A stretch of 64,000 bases of DNA from Eledone cirrhosa (Eukaryota), in contig OZ024741.1 in NCBI GenBank assembly GCA_964016885.1, positions 77,004,001 through 77,068,000 on the forward strand, in the 5' to 3' direction. The translations under genes and the position numbers were made by a program. Positions 1-12,260 of this stretch are shown one piece after another (within the stretch, counting starts at the first letter, position 1; each line of letters starts with the position of its first letter). A model generated the notes under the pieces. The model worked only from the letters and a program-made list of their open reading frames with translations. It had not been told where the DNA came from and made no database searches.

Positions 1-975
1 AGCCAAGCTAACGCTGACGCAAATGTTGAGGCAGTTTTGCCGGCGCTGACGTGTATGCTGACGCAAATGCTGATGCGGACGCTAGGGCTAAGGCTAACGC
101 TAACGCTGACGCAAATGCTGAAGTTAACGCTTACATGGGATATGCAGACGCTGCGTTGATGCGGACGCCACAGGAAAGGTTGATGGAAACGCCAATGCTA
201 ACGGAAAACGCTGACGTAGACGTTACGGAAACGCTGACGTAGAAGCTAACGTAAACGCTGACACAGACGCTAACGTAAACACTGACGTTAACTGAAACGC
301 TGACGCTGATGTAAATACTGACGCTGACACAGACGCGGTCGGAAACGCTGACGTAGAAGATAACGGAAACACTGACATTGATGCTAACGGAAATGGTGAC
401 AACGACGTTAAAGGAAACCCTGTCGCAAACGCTAATGTGAATGCTGATGCAGATGCTGACGCAAATGCAAACGCTGATGTTAACACTGACTCAAACACTA
501 ATGCAAATGCTGACATGCATGCTGATGCAAACGCTGACACTGAGGGAAATGCTGACACTGATACAAGTGCTGACGCGGACGCTAATGATAATGCTGACGT
601 AGACGTAGGCACTGAAACAAACACTAATGCTAACACTAATGTTGACTCAGACGCTAAGGGAAATGCTGACACAATCACTATCACCAATGCAGACGCTGAC
701 GCAAATGCTGACATAGATGCTGACACTTACGCAAACACTAAGGCTAATCCAAACACTAACGCAGATGCTAACACCAGTCTACATAGACACTAACACAAAA
801 GCTTACATAGACACTTATGCAAATGCTAACGCTGATGCAGACAGTAACTGTAAGAGTAACAGTTACAGTAACACTAACAGTGACAGTAATGCTAACAGTA
901 ACACAGTCACTAACAATAAACTTACCATTAACAGTAAAACTTACCCTAACACTAACCCTAAATCTAACATTAATC
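1..975. repeat. Degenerate hexamer tandem repeat (GCTGAC/GCTAAC/ACTAAC/AGTAAC), truncated by window start
   Basis: 6-bp periodicity throughout; ORFs over it are Ala-Asp/Asn-Thr low-complexity translations. Confidence 0.85.
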
Positions 976-1069
976 CAGAGAAAAAAGTCATTTGCAATCA
1001 TATTTAAGGTCACTCTTTAAGATATAGTAGATAGGCATTACCTTTTAATGATTTTAATTTAAAGAGAAT

Positions 1070-2830
1070 CACGCTATACAATGCAACACAATAACACACC
1101 ACACCACACTAACCTACACTACACCAAACCAGATTATACCATACCTTGGTAAATTTATGATAGATTTCCATGTTATAACTACACCAAACTAAACCATACC
1201 AAACTACACCAAACCAAACCACACCATAACAAACTACACCATACGACATCACACCATGCTATTGAACTGTGTGAAAAATTTTCTTCCTGCTTTTTTTGTC
1301 TTTTTTTGTGTGTGTGCTTACCACCCAATCTGACATTAAAAGTGTTTGCAATTAAATATTTTTTGCACATATTATCAATGAAGACTGTGAAACCTATTGA
1401 AAATGACTTGCTTTGTAGAAAAAAGAGGGTGGAAATACCATTCACAAAGCTTGTCATTTTTGATTGCAGTGAAAGTCATATTTGTTGTTAATATGGTAAT
1501 GGAGGCACATGGCTTAGTGGTTAGAGCATTGGTCTTGCAATCGAAAGGTTATGAGTTCAATTCTCAGACCAGGTGGTGTGTTGTTTCCTTGAGCAAGACA
1601 CTTTATTTCACATTGCTCCAGTTTACTCAGCTGTAGAAATGAGATGATAGGGACTGGTGTCCCTATCATTCCACTGCAAAGTGGTCGTGTAGGTGCCACG
1701 GCAAAGACCACCCAGCACTCACTGTAAATGAGGTTGGTGTTAGGAAGGGCATCCAGCTGTAGAAATCAAGCCAGAATCAGTTCCCGTCCCACCCTTGCAA
1801 GCAGGGAAAAGTGGACGTAAAATGATGATGATGGTAAAAGCATAGTCGGCTGTGAGCATGTTGGAGGTTGGAAAACCATACCACATTAAACTACATCAAA
1901 CTACACCATACCAAACTACACCATACTACATCACACCATGCTATTAATCTCAGTGAGAACATTTTTCTTCTTGTTTTTTTTTTTTCTGTGTGTGTGTGTG
2001 CTTACCACCCAATCTTATATCAAAGGTGCTCACAAATGACTATTTTTTTACTCATTTGCAATAGGTTCCCATGTCATAACTACAACAATCCAAACCACAC
2101 CACAACAAACTACACCATTCTACATCACACCATGCTTTTGATCTCAGTGTGAAAAATTTTCTTCCTGTTTCTTTTTTTTTTTTTCTGTGTGTGTTCTTAC
2201 CACCCAATCTGACATCAAAGGTGCTGAAATTGACTATTTTTTGCACATATCAATAATTATGACATGGAAAACTATCGAAAATGACTAGCTTTGTAGAAAA
2301 AAGAGGGAGGATGTGGGTGGAAATACCATTTACAAAGCTAGTCATTTTTTATTGCAGCGGAAGTCATATTTTTTTGTTAATATGCTAAAAGCATAGTCCA
2401 CTGCGAGCTTCTTGGAGGTTGGTAGCACATGCAAAAATGAAGGAAAAATTTTTTTTCTAACATAAATCAAAGTGGAAATTTAAATCCTCACTTATAACAA
2501 AGCACACCACAGCACATTAATCTACCCCAATCCACACCATATACTTCACCATAACCATACTTCACCATATGGTAAATTTATTACAGAACACCGACTCCTA
2601 CCATTTACATCACACCAATGCTCGCAGTTGACTATTTTTTTCACATATTATGAATGAATATAACTTTGAAACCTATAGTCAATGATTAGCTTTGTAGAAA
2701 AATGAAGGCAGAAAGTGGGTGGAAAAACCATTCACAAAGCTAGTCATTTTTAATTGCAGTGGAAATCATATTTGTTGTTAATATGCTAAAAAAATAGTCA
2801 ATTGCAAGCATTTTGGAGGTCGGATTAGTT
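1070..2830. repeat. Three-copy tandem repeat (~400-550 bp unit) with (ACTAC/ACCAC)n blocks
   Basis: Block aatgactWgctttgtagaaaaa...ggaaaWaccattYacaaagctWgtcatttt...gttaatatg recurs at ~1400, ~2280 and ~2680. Confidence 0.8.
1500..1830 (+). mobile_element. tRNA-derived CORE-like SINE (family 1), full length with TSD
   Basis: A box tggcttagtgg, B box gagttcaattc, core ccttgagcaagacacttt, RTE-like tail ending (GAT)n; ATGGTAA duplicated at 1493-1499 and 1831-1837. Confidence 0.9.
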
Positions 2831-3012
2831 GATAGGTCATAAAAAAACAAAGGAAAACAAATATTGTCTATATGTTCCTGTGGAAAGTCGGGTCTTCTGT
2901 ATTACTGTGTGACACCAGAGGTCATGGTCGTGTGTCATTACCCTTGAGAGGTGCAATTGGGAAAGGTCGGCTTAGAAATATTTACTTCTGCGTTCACAGA
3001 TTGATTTTTTTT

Positions 3013-3064
3013 AGTTTCAGAAGATCCCATTAAGGGTGAAAGCAGCCGATTCTTTGCTTAAACT
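3013..3064 (+). ncRNA. Type I hammerhead ribozyme motif, variant core (copy 1)
   Basis: agttt-CAGAAGA-t ccc attaa ggg t-GAAA-gca(10 nt)tgc-TT-aaact: stems I, II and III all pair; core position U4 is A. Confidence 0.65.
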
Positions 3065-3383
3065 TTAATCTGTTATTTTAATAAATATTTGCTCTACGGT
3101 TCTTATATATTTGATATATATTTATCCTTATCGAGCCCTCTTTGGATGTTAGTCTTCAAATTTATTATTATTACTATTTGGCTCCCATGACTGAGTACTC
3201 TCTTGACTTATATTCATCATGCAGAAACATCTGAATATTTCTACAAAGAACATACCCGTATCAAGCAGGAAGAAATACCTAAAACTACGTCTCCACGAAC
3301 CAAAGTATTGTCTTCCTGTCTTCCTTCGGTTGCAACGTTTTTCGAAATATTTACTTCTGCGTTCAGATTGATTTTTTTTTTTT

Positions 3384-3435
3384 AGTTTCAGAAGATCCCA
3401 TTAAGGGTGAAAGCAACCGATTCTTTGCTTAAACT
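3384..3435 (+). ncRNA. Type I hammerhead ribozyme motif, variant core (copy 2)
   Basis: Same fold as 3013-3064, 371 nt downstream. Confidence 0.65.
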
Positions 3436-3545
3436 TTAATCTGTTATTTTAATAAATATTTGCTCTACGGTTCTTATATAATTGATATATATTTATCCCT
3501 ATCGAGCCCTCTTTGGATTTTAGTCTTCATATGTATTATTATTAC

Positions 3546-3581
<36 letters not shown>

Positions 3582-3611
3582 GATAGATATATATATACAC
3601 ACATACATATT

Positions 3612-3975
3612 GAGAGCATTGGTCTTGCAATCGAAAGGTTGTGAGTTCAATTCTCAGACCGGGTGATGTGTTGTTTCCTTGAGCAAGACACTTTATTTCA
3701 CATTGCTCCAGTTTACTCAGCTGTAGAAATAAGATGATAGGACTGGGGTCCCTATCATTCCACTGCAAAGTGGTCGTGGAGGTGCCACGGCAAAAAAGCA
3801 CCCAGCCCACACTGTAAAGTGGGTGTGGAGGTGCCACGGGAAAAAAGCACCCAGCACTCACTGTAAATGAGGTTGGTGTTAGGAAGGGCATCCAGCTGTA
3901 GAAATCAAGCCAGAATCAGTTCTCGTCCCACCCTTGCAAGCAGGGAAAAAGTGGACGTAAAATGAAATGATGATG
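3612..3975 (+). mobile_element. SINE family 1, 5' clipped
   Basis: Matches 1500-1830 with an extra ~40-bp internal unit; follows a (TA)n tract. Confidence 0.85.
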
Positions 3976-3976
3976 A

Positions 3977-4305
3977 ATGCTCCCAGCTGTGGTCACCCCA
4001 TAGTATCAAACTAACCAAGGAGCTTGAAGCAATCCAATGAAGCTACACCAAAAAGGTTGTCACGATGGAGATAAACTACTGGGAGAGTCTAAAAGAACTC
4101 AAACTACTCCTCGGAATGAAGACGGGAGAGATATGCAATGATATACATATGGAAAATCCTGGGGGGACCAAGACCAAACTTTCGCATTGAGAGCTGGACC
4201 AATTCTCGAACAGGACGTCACTGTGTGGTACCAAAGGTCCCGTCTTCCACATCTAGAATCAGGAGCAGCTATTGCAATAGCCTGGGGTTCAAAGGCCCTC
4301 AACTT
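3977..4305 (+). mobile_element. CR1/L2-like LINE ORF2 C-terminal fragment
   Basis: SQLWSPH...YWESLKELKL...IYIWKIL...RTGRHC; same family as 7070-7712. Confidence 0.7.
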
Positions 4306-4377
4306 GGTTTTCAAAATTTAAATTTGTGTTTCCTATTCATCAATGCTTCAAGCAAGCTATAAAACTCTGTTATATTT

Positions 4378-4750
4378 CATCATCATTTTATGTCAGTTCT
4401 TCTACTCTAGCATGGGTTGTTCTGTTGTGGGCAGTGTCCAGTCGGCTGACCTTGTCTTGCTCATACGGGAACTGCTTCTGTCTTGATTTCTACAGCTGGA
4501 TGCCCTTCCTAACACCAACCTCATTTACAGTGGGTGTTTTTTTTTTTTGCCGTGGCACCTCCACGACCACATTGCAGTGGAATGATAGGGACACCAGTCC
4601 TATCATCTCATTTCTACAGCTGAGTAAACTGGAGCAATGTGAAATAAAGTGTCTTGCTCAAGGAAACAACACATCACCCGGTCCGAGAATTAAACTCGCA
4701 ACCTTTCAATTGCAAGCCCAATGTTCTAACCACTAAGTCATGTGCCTTCT
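4378..4750 (-). mobile_element. SINE family 1 variant
   Basis: Reverse complement of the tRNA head (ctaaccactaag) and RTE-type tail. Confidence 0.8.
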
Positions 4751-4759
4751 ATTGTTGGC

Positions 4760-5735
4760 AATGTTAGGTCAGGTGACCTAACATTGCTCATAAAGAACTG
4801 ATTTGGGCTTTGTTTCTACAGCTGGATGCCCTTCCTAATGCCAAGCTCATTTACAGTGAGTACTGGGCGTTTTTTGTTGTGATTCCTCCACGACTACTTT
4901 ACAGTGTGGACTGGGTGTTTTTTACCGTGTCACCATCACGACCACTTTACAGTGTTTCGGCCTGTTCTCATGAAAGATATATTGGCGGGTGGGATGGAGT
5001 GGTACATACTGTATGTATGTTTCAGCCTTGGCCTGGGCCCGTGGGAAGTTGGGGTTTCTGTATTACCTCATAACGCCAGAGATCTTGGTCCTGTGTCATT
5101 GCCTTTCAGAGGTGCAATTGGGCAAGGTCGGCTTTTATCACTTCATCTCAAGTCTTTCTGGGACTTTATGTAGCTGTCATCCTTCATACGAATGACATGT
5201 CCATACCAACATAATCTCCTCTCCTGCACAAAACATTTGATTCCTCTTATGCCTAGTTTCTCTTTCAGTTTATTTATGCTTTGCTGTTCGCGTATATTAC
5301 TATTACACATCCATCGGAGCATATAAGCTTCATTCCTTTCTAACCTACGCAAGTCTTCTACACACAGCGCCCAGCTCTCACTACCATGCAACATTGCCGT
5401 TCATATGCACACATCATACAGTCTACCTTTTATTCTGAGGGAAAAGCCTTTTGTATCCAGCTGTGGCAGTAGATCCCTCAACTTCTTCCATCCCGTTCTT
5501 TTAGAACCCCCCCCCCTCCGCTGCTAATTCGGTATTGTTTTTACCAAGTCCTCCCAGACTTTGATGTCACTTGTTTTCAGTGATTGTTTACTGCTTACTG
5601 TCCTGGTGCAACTGCTACATGTAAAGCCTACATTCTTAACTAAACTTCCTGAGATCCCACTACATCTCTTGTGTACCCATAGTTTCCATATGGGGCAGAG
5701 GATGGAGTTTCTACCTACACCTCTCCTACATAATG
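4760..5735 (-). mobile_element. Degraded RTE LINE 3' part (family of 21748-26240)
   Basis: MLHGSESWALCVEDLRRLERNE...RRLCWYGHV and CSLCRRGVGRNSILC; shared 3' UTR. Confidence 0.85.
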
Positions 5736-5792
5736 AGCACACACACACACACACACATATATATATACACACACTCACATATATATATATAT

Positions 5793-6759
5793 ACTAGCTG
5801 AATTACCAGCGCCTTGTTGCGTTTCACACATTTTTTTTGTAAGAAAATGATGATTGATTTTAAATCAGTGATATAATTTATGGAGAAAAACTCAATATTG
5901 CTCAATGTAAAATATAATGTATGAAAAATTGGAAAACATCATTTTTTGTAATATATCAAATCAAAATTGCATTATTAAATCTTATTCTTATTTTGTTTCT
6001 TGTAAATAATTTTTTTCAAAATATCAATTGAAAACTTTTGTGAATAGGCATCATATCTTGTCATTTACCTATGGTTTAAGTTTCATATAAATCGAAAGGG
6101 AAAAGTTTTCAGCGGGGGTTTGTACCCCCGGGGAACCCTAATGGGGCGTTTAACCACCATTAAGGTGTCTTATAGTATTGAAATTTTGTGAATAGGCATC
6201 ATATCTCTTCATTTATCTATGGTTTAAATTGCATATAAATCGAACCGAAAAAATTTTCAGCGGGGATTTTGTGCTCCCTGGTGAACCCTAATAGGGGGTT
6301 TAACTCCCATTAGGGTATTGTAATTTTATTGAAATTTGGCGAAATGATGTGAATAGGCATCATATCTTGTCGTTTACCTATGGTTTAAATTGCATATAAT
6401 TTGAAGGGAAAACATTTTCAGCAGGGGTTTGTGCCACCGGTGAACCCTAATAGGGGGTTTAACCCCCATTAGGGTATTTTAATTTTATTGAAATTTGCTG
6501 AAATTTTGTGAATAGGCATCATACCCATGGTTTAAATTTCATATAAATCGAAGGTAAAGTTTCAGCGGTGGTTTTGTGCCCCCAATGAACCCTTTGATTA
6601 AAATGAAATATACTTATACAAGTACCCTGGGCAATGTAGTTTCAGAATATATATGGTTATGGGGTCTATCTCCAAAACCATAGGAGGAGTTCGTAAAATC
6701 TTGTTCCATTTATTGGCCAAACTTTTCACTATAGGGTGTCTTAATATTATTGAAATTTG

Positions 6760-6801
<42 letters not shown>

Positions 6802-6850
6802 TATATATATATATATATACACACACATATTTATATCTTTTAGCAGAGCA
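5793..6850. mobile_element. Probable non-autonomous Helitron/Helentron-type element with four internal ~150-160 bp tandem repeats
   Basis: Starts actagctgaattacc after (TA)n; unit gtgaataggcatcata...aaccctaat at ~6040, 6189, 6349 and 6508. The tandem array is directly visible; the family call is inference. Confidence 0.5.
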
Positions 6851-7069
6851 TTTTAATATTGCCACTCAATGAAAACCCTTTGTTTGGTATAAATGAATCT
6901 TGAAAATTAGGAGTGTCTGTCAGTGTGTATGTGTTTGTCTACTTAGCATCAATTTACTACCCTCCCCTACCACCATATTACATTGACAGTCGGCTTTTCT
7001 GATGATTTCCTCCGAATGAAACAGTTCCAGTCCTGTTGAAGCCATTTCTATATTAAATATATATATATA

Positions 7070-7712
7070 CTCTTTTAGCTGTTCCAGCCATCCGGCTGAG
7101 ACCATGATTGGGCACTGCCCTTGTTGCTACACATTCTATCTCCAGCCTGTGTTGGCTGGCCATTGATGTAAGAGGGAGTTCGTTGCTGCTGCCCTTAGGT
7201 TACCTTTGTACCGTGATGTGGGCTGATCCGGGATGTTGGATAACAGGGTGTCGAGAAGTTTCTTGAAAATATCCATGGCCACACCATGTAGATCTCTCAA
7301 ATCCCTCGGCAGTTTGTTGAAGAGTTGAGGGCCTTTGAACCCCAGTCTATTGCAATATCTGCTTCTTGTTCTAGATGTGGAAGACGGGATCTTTGTCACC
7401 ACACAGTGACGTCCTGTTCGGGGGTTGGTCCCGCTCTCAATACCAAAGTTTGGCGCTAGTCCCTCCAGGATTTTCCATATGTATATCACTGCGTATCTCT
7501 CCCGTCTTCGTTCCAAGGAGTAGAGTTTCAGTTCTTTTAGCCTCTCCCAGTAGCTCATCTCCTTCATCGTGCAATCCTCTTGGTGTAGCTTCGTTGGATT
7601 GTCTCAAGTTCCGTGGTTAGTTTGATACTATGGGGTGACCACAGCTGGGAGCAATAGTCCAGGCGGCTAAGGACAAATGGCCTTCATAGTATCAACATAG
7701 TCTCCCGGTCTC
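7070..7712 (-). mobile_element. CR1/L2-like LINE 3' end
   Basis: MSYWERLKELKLYSLERRRERY...LFNKLPRDLR...IPDQP; 3' tail also present at 57885-58005 (+) and 53855-53910 (-). Confidence 0.8.
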
Positions 7713-8414
7713 TTATATAGAAAACCTCAAATAAAAAGTCAAGATTTGTTTCGATTTAACAGCAGAAAGAATTCGCGTCAGAATATTCCAACCAATCCAG
7801 CCTATATCAGCTGAATAAATATGTATATGGAGATATATATATATATACACACCCACATGCATATACATATATATATATACACACGCATATACATATATAT
7901 ATACACACGCATATACTTATATATATACACACACGCTCAAACACACATACATACATGCATGCATGCATACATGATGGCTGCCTCCTCGTTAATTATTAAT
8001 TCTATCGTGCAATGCCTGTGCATGAAGATATTTTTTTAAATGAGGAAAGACTGTGCACTGAGCCAATCCCACTCTCTGAGCGACAGTAGCTATAACCCGA
8101 AAAGAAGAAAAGATCAACATCATCGGTAACTACTGAGCCGCAGGTTTTATATCGGAGTTATCCCAGTTTCCTGAGTTGCCTTCTCCTAGAAGAATGCCCT
8201 GACAAAGGCTAGGGGTCCTTCACTCCCAGTGGTTTAACCGCGCGATCGGGTGTCCAGCCCGATTATTTCTATGTCACCGCGCATGTACATACACATGCAC
8301 CCATGTATATACACATATACATATACATACATATAGTCCAAACCCATGCAAGCGTGGAACACGGACGTTAAACGATGATGATGATGATATACATGTGTAT
8401 ATACATATTTACAC

Positions 8415-10870
8415 ACTTTTGGATGGCCGTTGACTCTTATGAGATCTTCCGCCCTTTGTCAGGTGTTATTTTTTGTCCTGTAGGGTGTCCAAAATCACCC
8501 TCCTCACCAAGTAAACTTGGTGGGGTTGCCGGTTTAGTCGCACACACATGGCAACTTTAGGCTCCCCCGAAACCTTCCATTGCTTTGTTCTGGCTGTATG
8601 TTCACATGTATCTTTTAAGACCTCCCATGCTTGTACATTTCTTACACCTTTTCAGATCATAATCTACATGAGGTCTACTGATATGACTTTGTTCATGTCT
8701 AATCAAACCAGCTTTGCTCAGGCTGACAAACCAGATGATGTTCAACAGCAGGCAGTTCAGAACAGTCTCAATCCTCACCTTCCTTTTCAGTGTTAGGTGT
8801 TCTCTCCGACGAGTTTCAAAGTGTTCACCACCTGACTTGATCAAACGTCTCCACTTCACACGCTCGTCAGCCATTTTCTCCCATTCGTCAGATGAAATTC
8901 CAGCACAAGCCAAGGTGCCCGTGATACAGTCCCAGTACCGCCTTTTTGGTTTATGTGGTGGTCGCCTTCCTTCACACAGTTCTCCATAGAGAAGTTGCTT
9001 TAGAATATGATCATCAGACATCCGGACCACGTGACTGCACCACCTCAACCGATACCGAAAGATTATGCTCTCTATAGTCACGCACCTGCTCCGTTCTAGA
9101 ACTTCCAAATCACTGGCGAACATTTTCCACCACACCCCAAGTAACTTATGAAGAGATTGTTGGTGAAATCTCCAGATCCTTGAGGTGCTTTCTGTATGTG
9201 ACCCACGTTTGACAAACATAAAGTAAAGAGGAGACGACACAAGTCAGATACACTTTCACCTTGGTTTCGATAGTGATACCTCGTCTGGACCATAAACGTT
9301 GATGCAGCCGTCCAAAAGCATCACTGGCTTTCTTGATTCTTAAGGATATTTCATTATCATGTGTGCACGAAGTGTTCAACGTACTACCAAGGTAAACAAA
9401 CTTGTCAGCAACTTTTAGCCTCTTTCCGTACACGTACACACTTGGTGCAGTGTACTCGTTTCCAGGTACTGGCTGATACATCACAACAGTCTTTTCCAAG
9501 CTTATTGTGATGCCCAAGGTGCTGCAAGCTGCAGAAAAAGAGTTCATAATATGCTGCATGTCACTTTGTGAGCGTGCAAAAAGATTGCAGTCGTCTGCAT
9601 ACAAAAACTCTCGGATTATAGATGTTAATACCTTTGTGCTTGTACCAAAGCGCCTGGTGTTGAACAACCTTCCTGAAGTGTGATACCTGATGTAAACCTG
9701 ATGAGAACAATATTTGAATGCCATGAGAAACACTATCGTAAAATATGAGGAAAACAGAGTTGGAGCCAGAATGTCCCCTTGCTTCACTCCATTTTCAACT
9801 GATATTGGTTCAGAGATGCTACCACCAATACTGACCAAAGCCTTCATGTCATCATGGAAAAGATGCAGAATCTTCTACCCTACCTTGGATTTTTTTCCCA
9901 TAACGCAGTTCGATTGACAGTGTCAAAGGCCTTTGTCAAGTCAACAAAGACCTGGTAAAGGTCCATACATTGTTCGATACACTTTTCTTGCAGCTGCCTA
10001 GCAGAAACGATCATATCCACTGTTCCTCTCTCGTTTCTGAACCCACACTGCGACTCATGCAACACATTCAATCTATCAATCAATATTCGACATGACTTTA
10101 CCAACTACTGAAAGAAGGGATATGACATGATAATTGCCACATTTGTCCTTGCCGTCCTTTCCTTTATGGAGAATCACCATGAGCGCATCCTTCTTGTGGG
10201 ACATTCTCATCTTCCCACACCATTTTCATGAGGTCAGTCAGGCACTGCGTGAAGTTTTCACCACCACACTTCAAAACCGCTCCACTCAGACCATCCATAC
10301 CAGGAGACTTACCACAGTTCAGCTTATGCACAACAGAAGTCCCCTCTGCAAGAGAAGATACATTAGCCATCTCATATGCTTCACTGGTTCAATAGGAATG
10401 GAACAAATGAAATCATCATCAACCTGGTTTAAGAGCTCATCAAAGTGATCTCTCTATCTGTCGAGTGTCTTTTGGGTCACGCAGTAATTGCTTGCCATCT
10501 TTCGATCTCAAAGGGGCCACTGGAGAGCTGAAAGGGCCATACACCTCTGTGAGTAGAAAGTGCGGCAGTTTCATATTGTTGCCGTCAGATGCCACTTGAA
10601 CTTCATCTGCTTTGTTGCTCCACCAGGTATTTTGCATAGCCCTGAGTTTCACCTGCACTTCCTTCTTTACCTGTCTGTAACGCTCATAATTGTCACCAAC
10701 AGAGCTACCACCTTTAAGAACTGCATCAAGTACCTTTTGTTTTCTGTCTAGCAGAGCCTTGACCTGGTCATTCTCATCAAACCAGTCCTTGTTTTCTTGT
10801 GACAAAGCCAAGGACCTCTGTTGAAGCCTCATAGACCGAGCTCCTGAAGTCCTTCCAGTTGTTCTCATAC
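8415..10870 (-). mobile_element. RTE (BovB-like) LINE, 5' truncated and frameshifted
   Basis: ESQCGFR, FVDLTKAFDTV, GVKQGDILAPTLF, YADD and RLRWCSHVVRM spread over broken ORFs. Confidence 0.9.
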
Positions 10871-11399
10871 ATGCATACATACTTACATATATACATGTAT
10901 ACATACATCCATCCATCCATACATACATGTATACACACATACATACATCCATCCATCCATACGTGTATACATACATACAATGGTTAAAGTGTTTGGCTGA
11001 CGACCATAAGTTCATGGGTTCATATTTGGGACCGGGTAGCTATTGAATCAACCTGATATCAATGTTTATTATACAGCACACTTCCTCTTTGGTATAATAT
11101 GACACAGTAATGTCTAACATAGTACCCATCTAATCTGTTATAATATGATTTACCTTTCCTCTGTGAAGGCACATGCCTTAGGGGTTACGGTACTGGACTA
11201 ACCATTGTAAAGTCATGGGCTCGTTTCTTCGATCCTGCAGCATGTTGCGTCCTTCAGTAAAATACTTTAGTTCGTGTAGCATCTTCTACCAGGACTTGCG
11301 GCAGACAGATAATATCAGTAATGGAAAAAACCTTGTTTCATTAGTATGACCTGGAAATCAGTTCCACTCTATTTATCTTCTTTATTAAAGGCAATCAAA

Positions 11400-11835
11400 T
11401 TATTTTTTATTTTATTCTTTTTCTTATTTTTCCATGTTTGTTGAATAAATTCCAAAAAATCGAACTAAATTGAAATTTTGTAATAAAATTTCCATAAAAG
11501 TTAATGTTTACAATACAATAAAATCTAATAAAATGTATTGAAGTCGACGAAATGTGGGCCTTCATTTTTGAAAGATGGATAATGCTATAAGCAGACCTTA
11601 CAATATTGTACCACAATTTTCCTTTGTGCAAAAGTGGGCAGCCGAATTTAGGAAAGGATAGGGGATTCTTGAAGATGACCCAATATCTGGACGTCCTACA
11701 ACTGCCACTACCGAGGAAAACATTGATCTCAGTACTGCAACACCGATGGAAGTGTGTGGAACGCAAGGGAGACTATGTTGAAAAATAAACCTCATTTGGT
11801 CACATTCCATGAGAGTATCTTTGTCAACCCTCGTA
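11400..11835 (+). mobile_element. Internally deleted mariner
   Basis: KWAAEFRKG..EDDPISGRPTTATTEENID joined to C-terminal KCVERKGDYVEK*; ends ccctcg-TA. Confidence 0.7.
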
Positions 11836-11870
11836 TCTATGCGCAATATACGTAAAGATACAGAATTGCG

Positions 11871-12260
11871 GGCACTCCAACGCTATTAGCTGTCATATTT
11901 GTTGGTGAAAAAAATTTGATTATAAAACTTAAATTTATGAATGACTTGTTTTCTAATTAACTTAAATTTGTTTTCTAATTTGGCCCTTTTAAGGGCCACC
12001 TATATTTTCATTTAAGTAACTCCACTTACATCGATATGCTTTATAACCAAGACTTGTTTTCTATTTGTTTTCTAATTTGGCCCTTTTAAGTCTTCCCTCT
12101 CTCTCTCTGTTCCCTATCTCTCCTCTTCCCTCTCTCTCTAAAAAAAAAAACGCGTGAAAACTCCACTTACGCGTGGTAGTAATACGGAAATAAACGATGT
12201 TGACGAGTTACGTCACCGCTTGTTTTCCGCTGAACTGACAGCTAATAGCGTTGTAGTGCC
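11871..12260. mobile_element. MITE with 25-bp terminal inverted repeats
   Basis: ggcactccaacgctattagctgtca / tgacagctaatagcgttgtagtgcc (1 mismatch). Confidence 0.75.

Larger units (their letters stand above)
2975..3548 (+). repeat. Direct repeat pair (~200 bp; 2975-3176 and 3344-3548), each carrying a hammerhead motif
   Basis: Near-identical sequence from gaaatatttacttctgcgttc to ttagtcttca. Confidence 0.9.

Noticed and set aside
51-1020. Ala-Asp-Asn-Thr repeat ORFs resembling antifreeze or adhesin proteins
   Set aside because: By-product of a 6-bp repeat; frames are broken by stops and shifts, and no splice or start context is evident
7735-7795. Minus-strand CTGACGC...GAAA hammerhead-like motif
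   Set aside because: Core mismatch at A9, poor stem II and no convincing stem I or III
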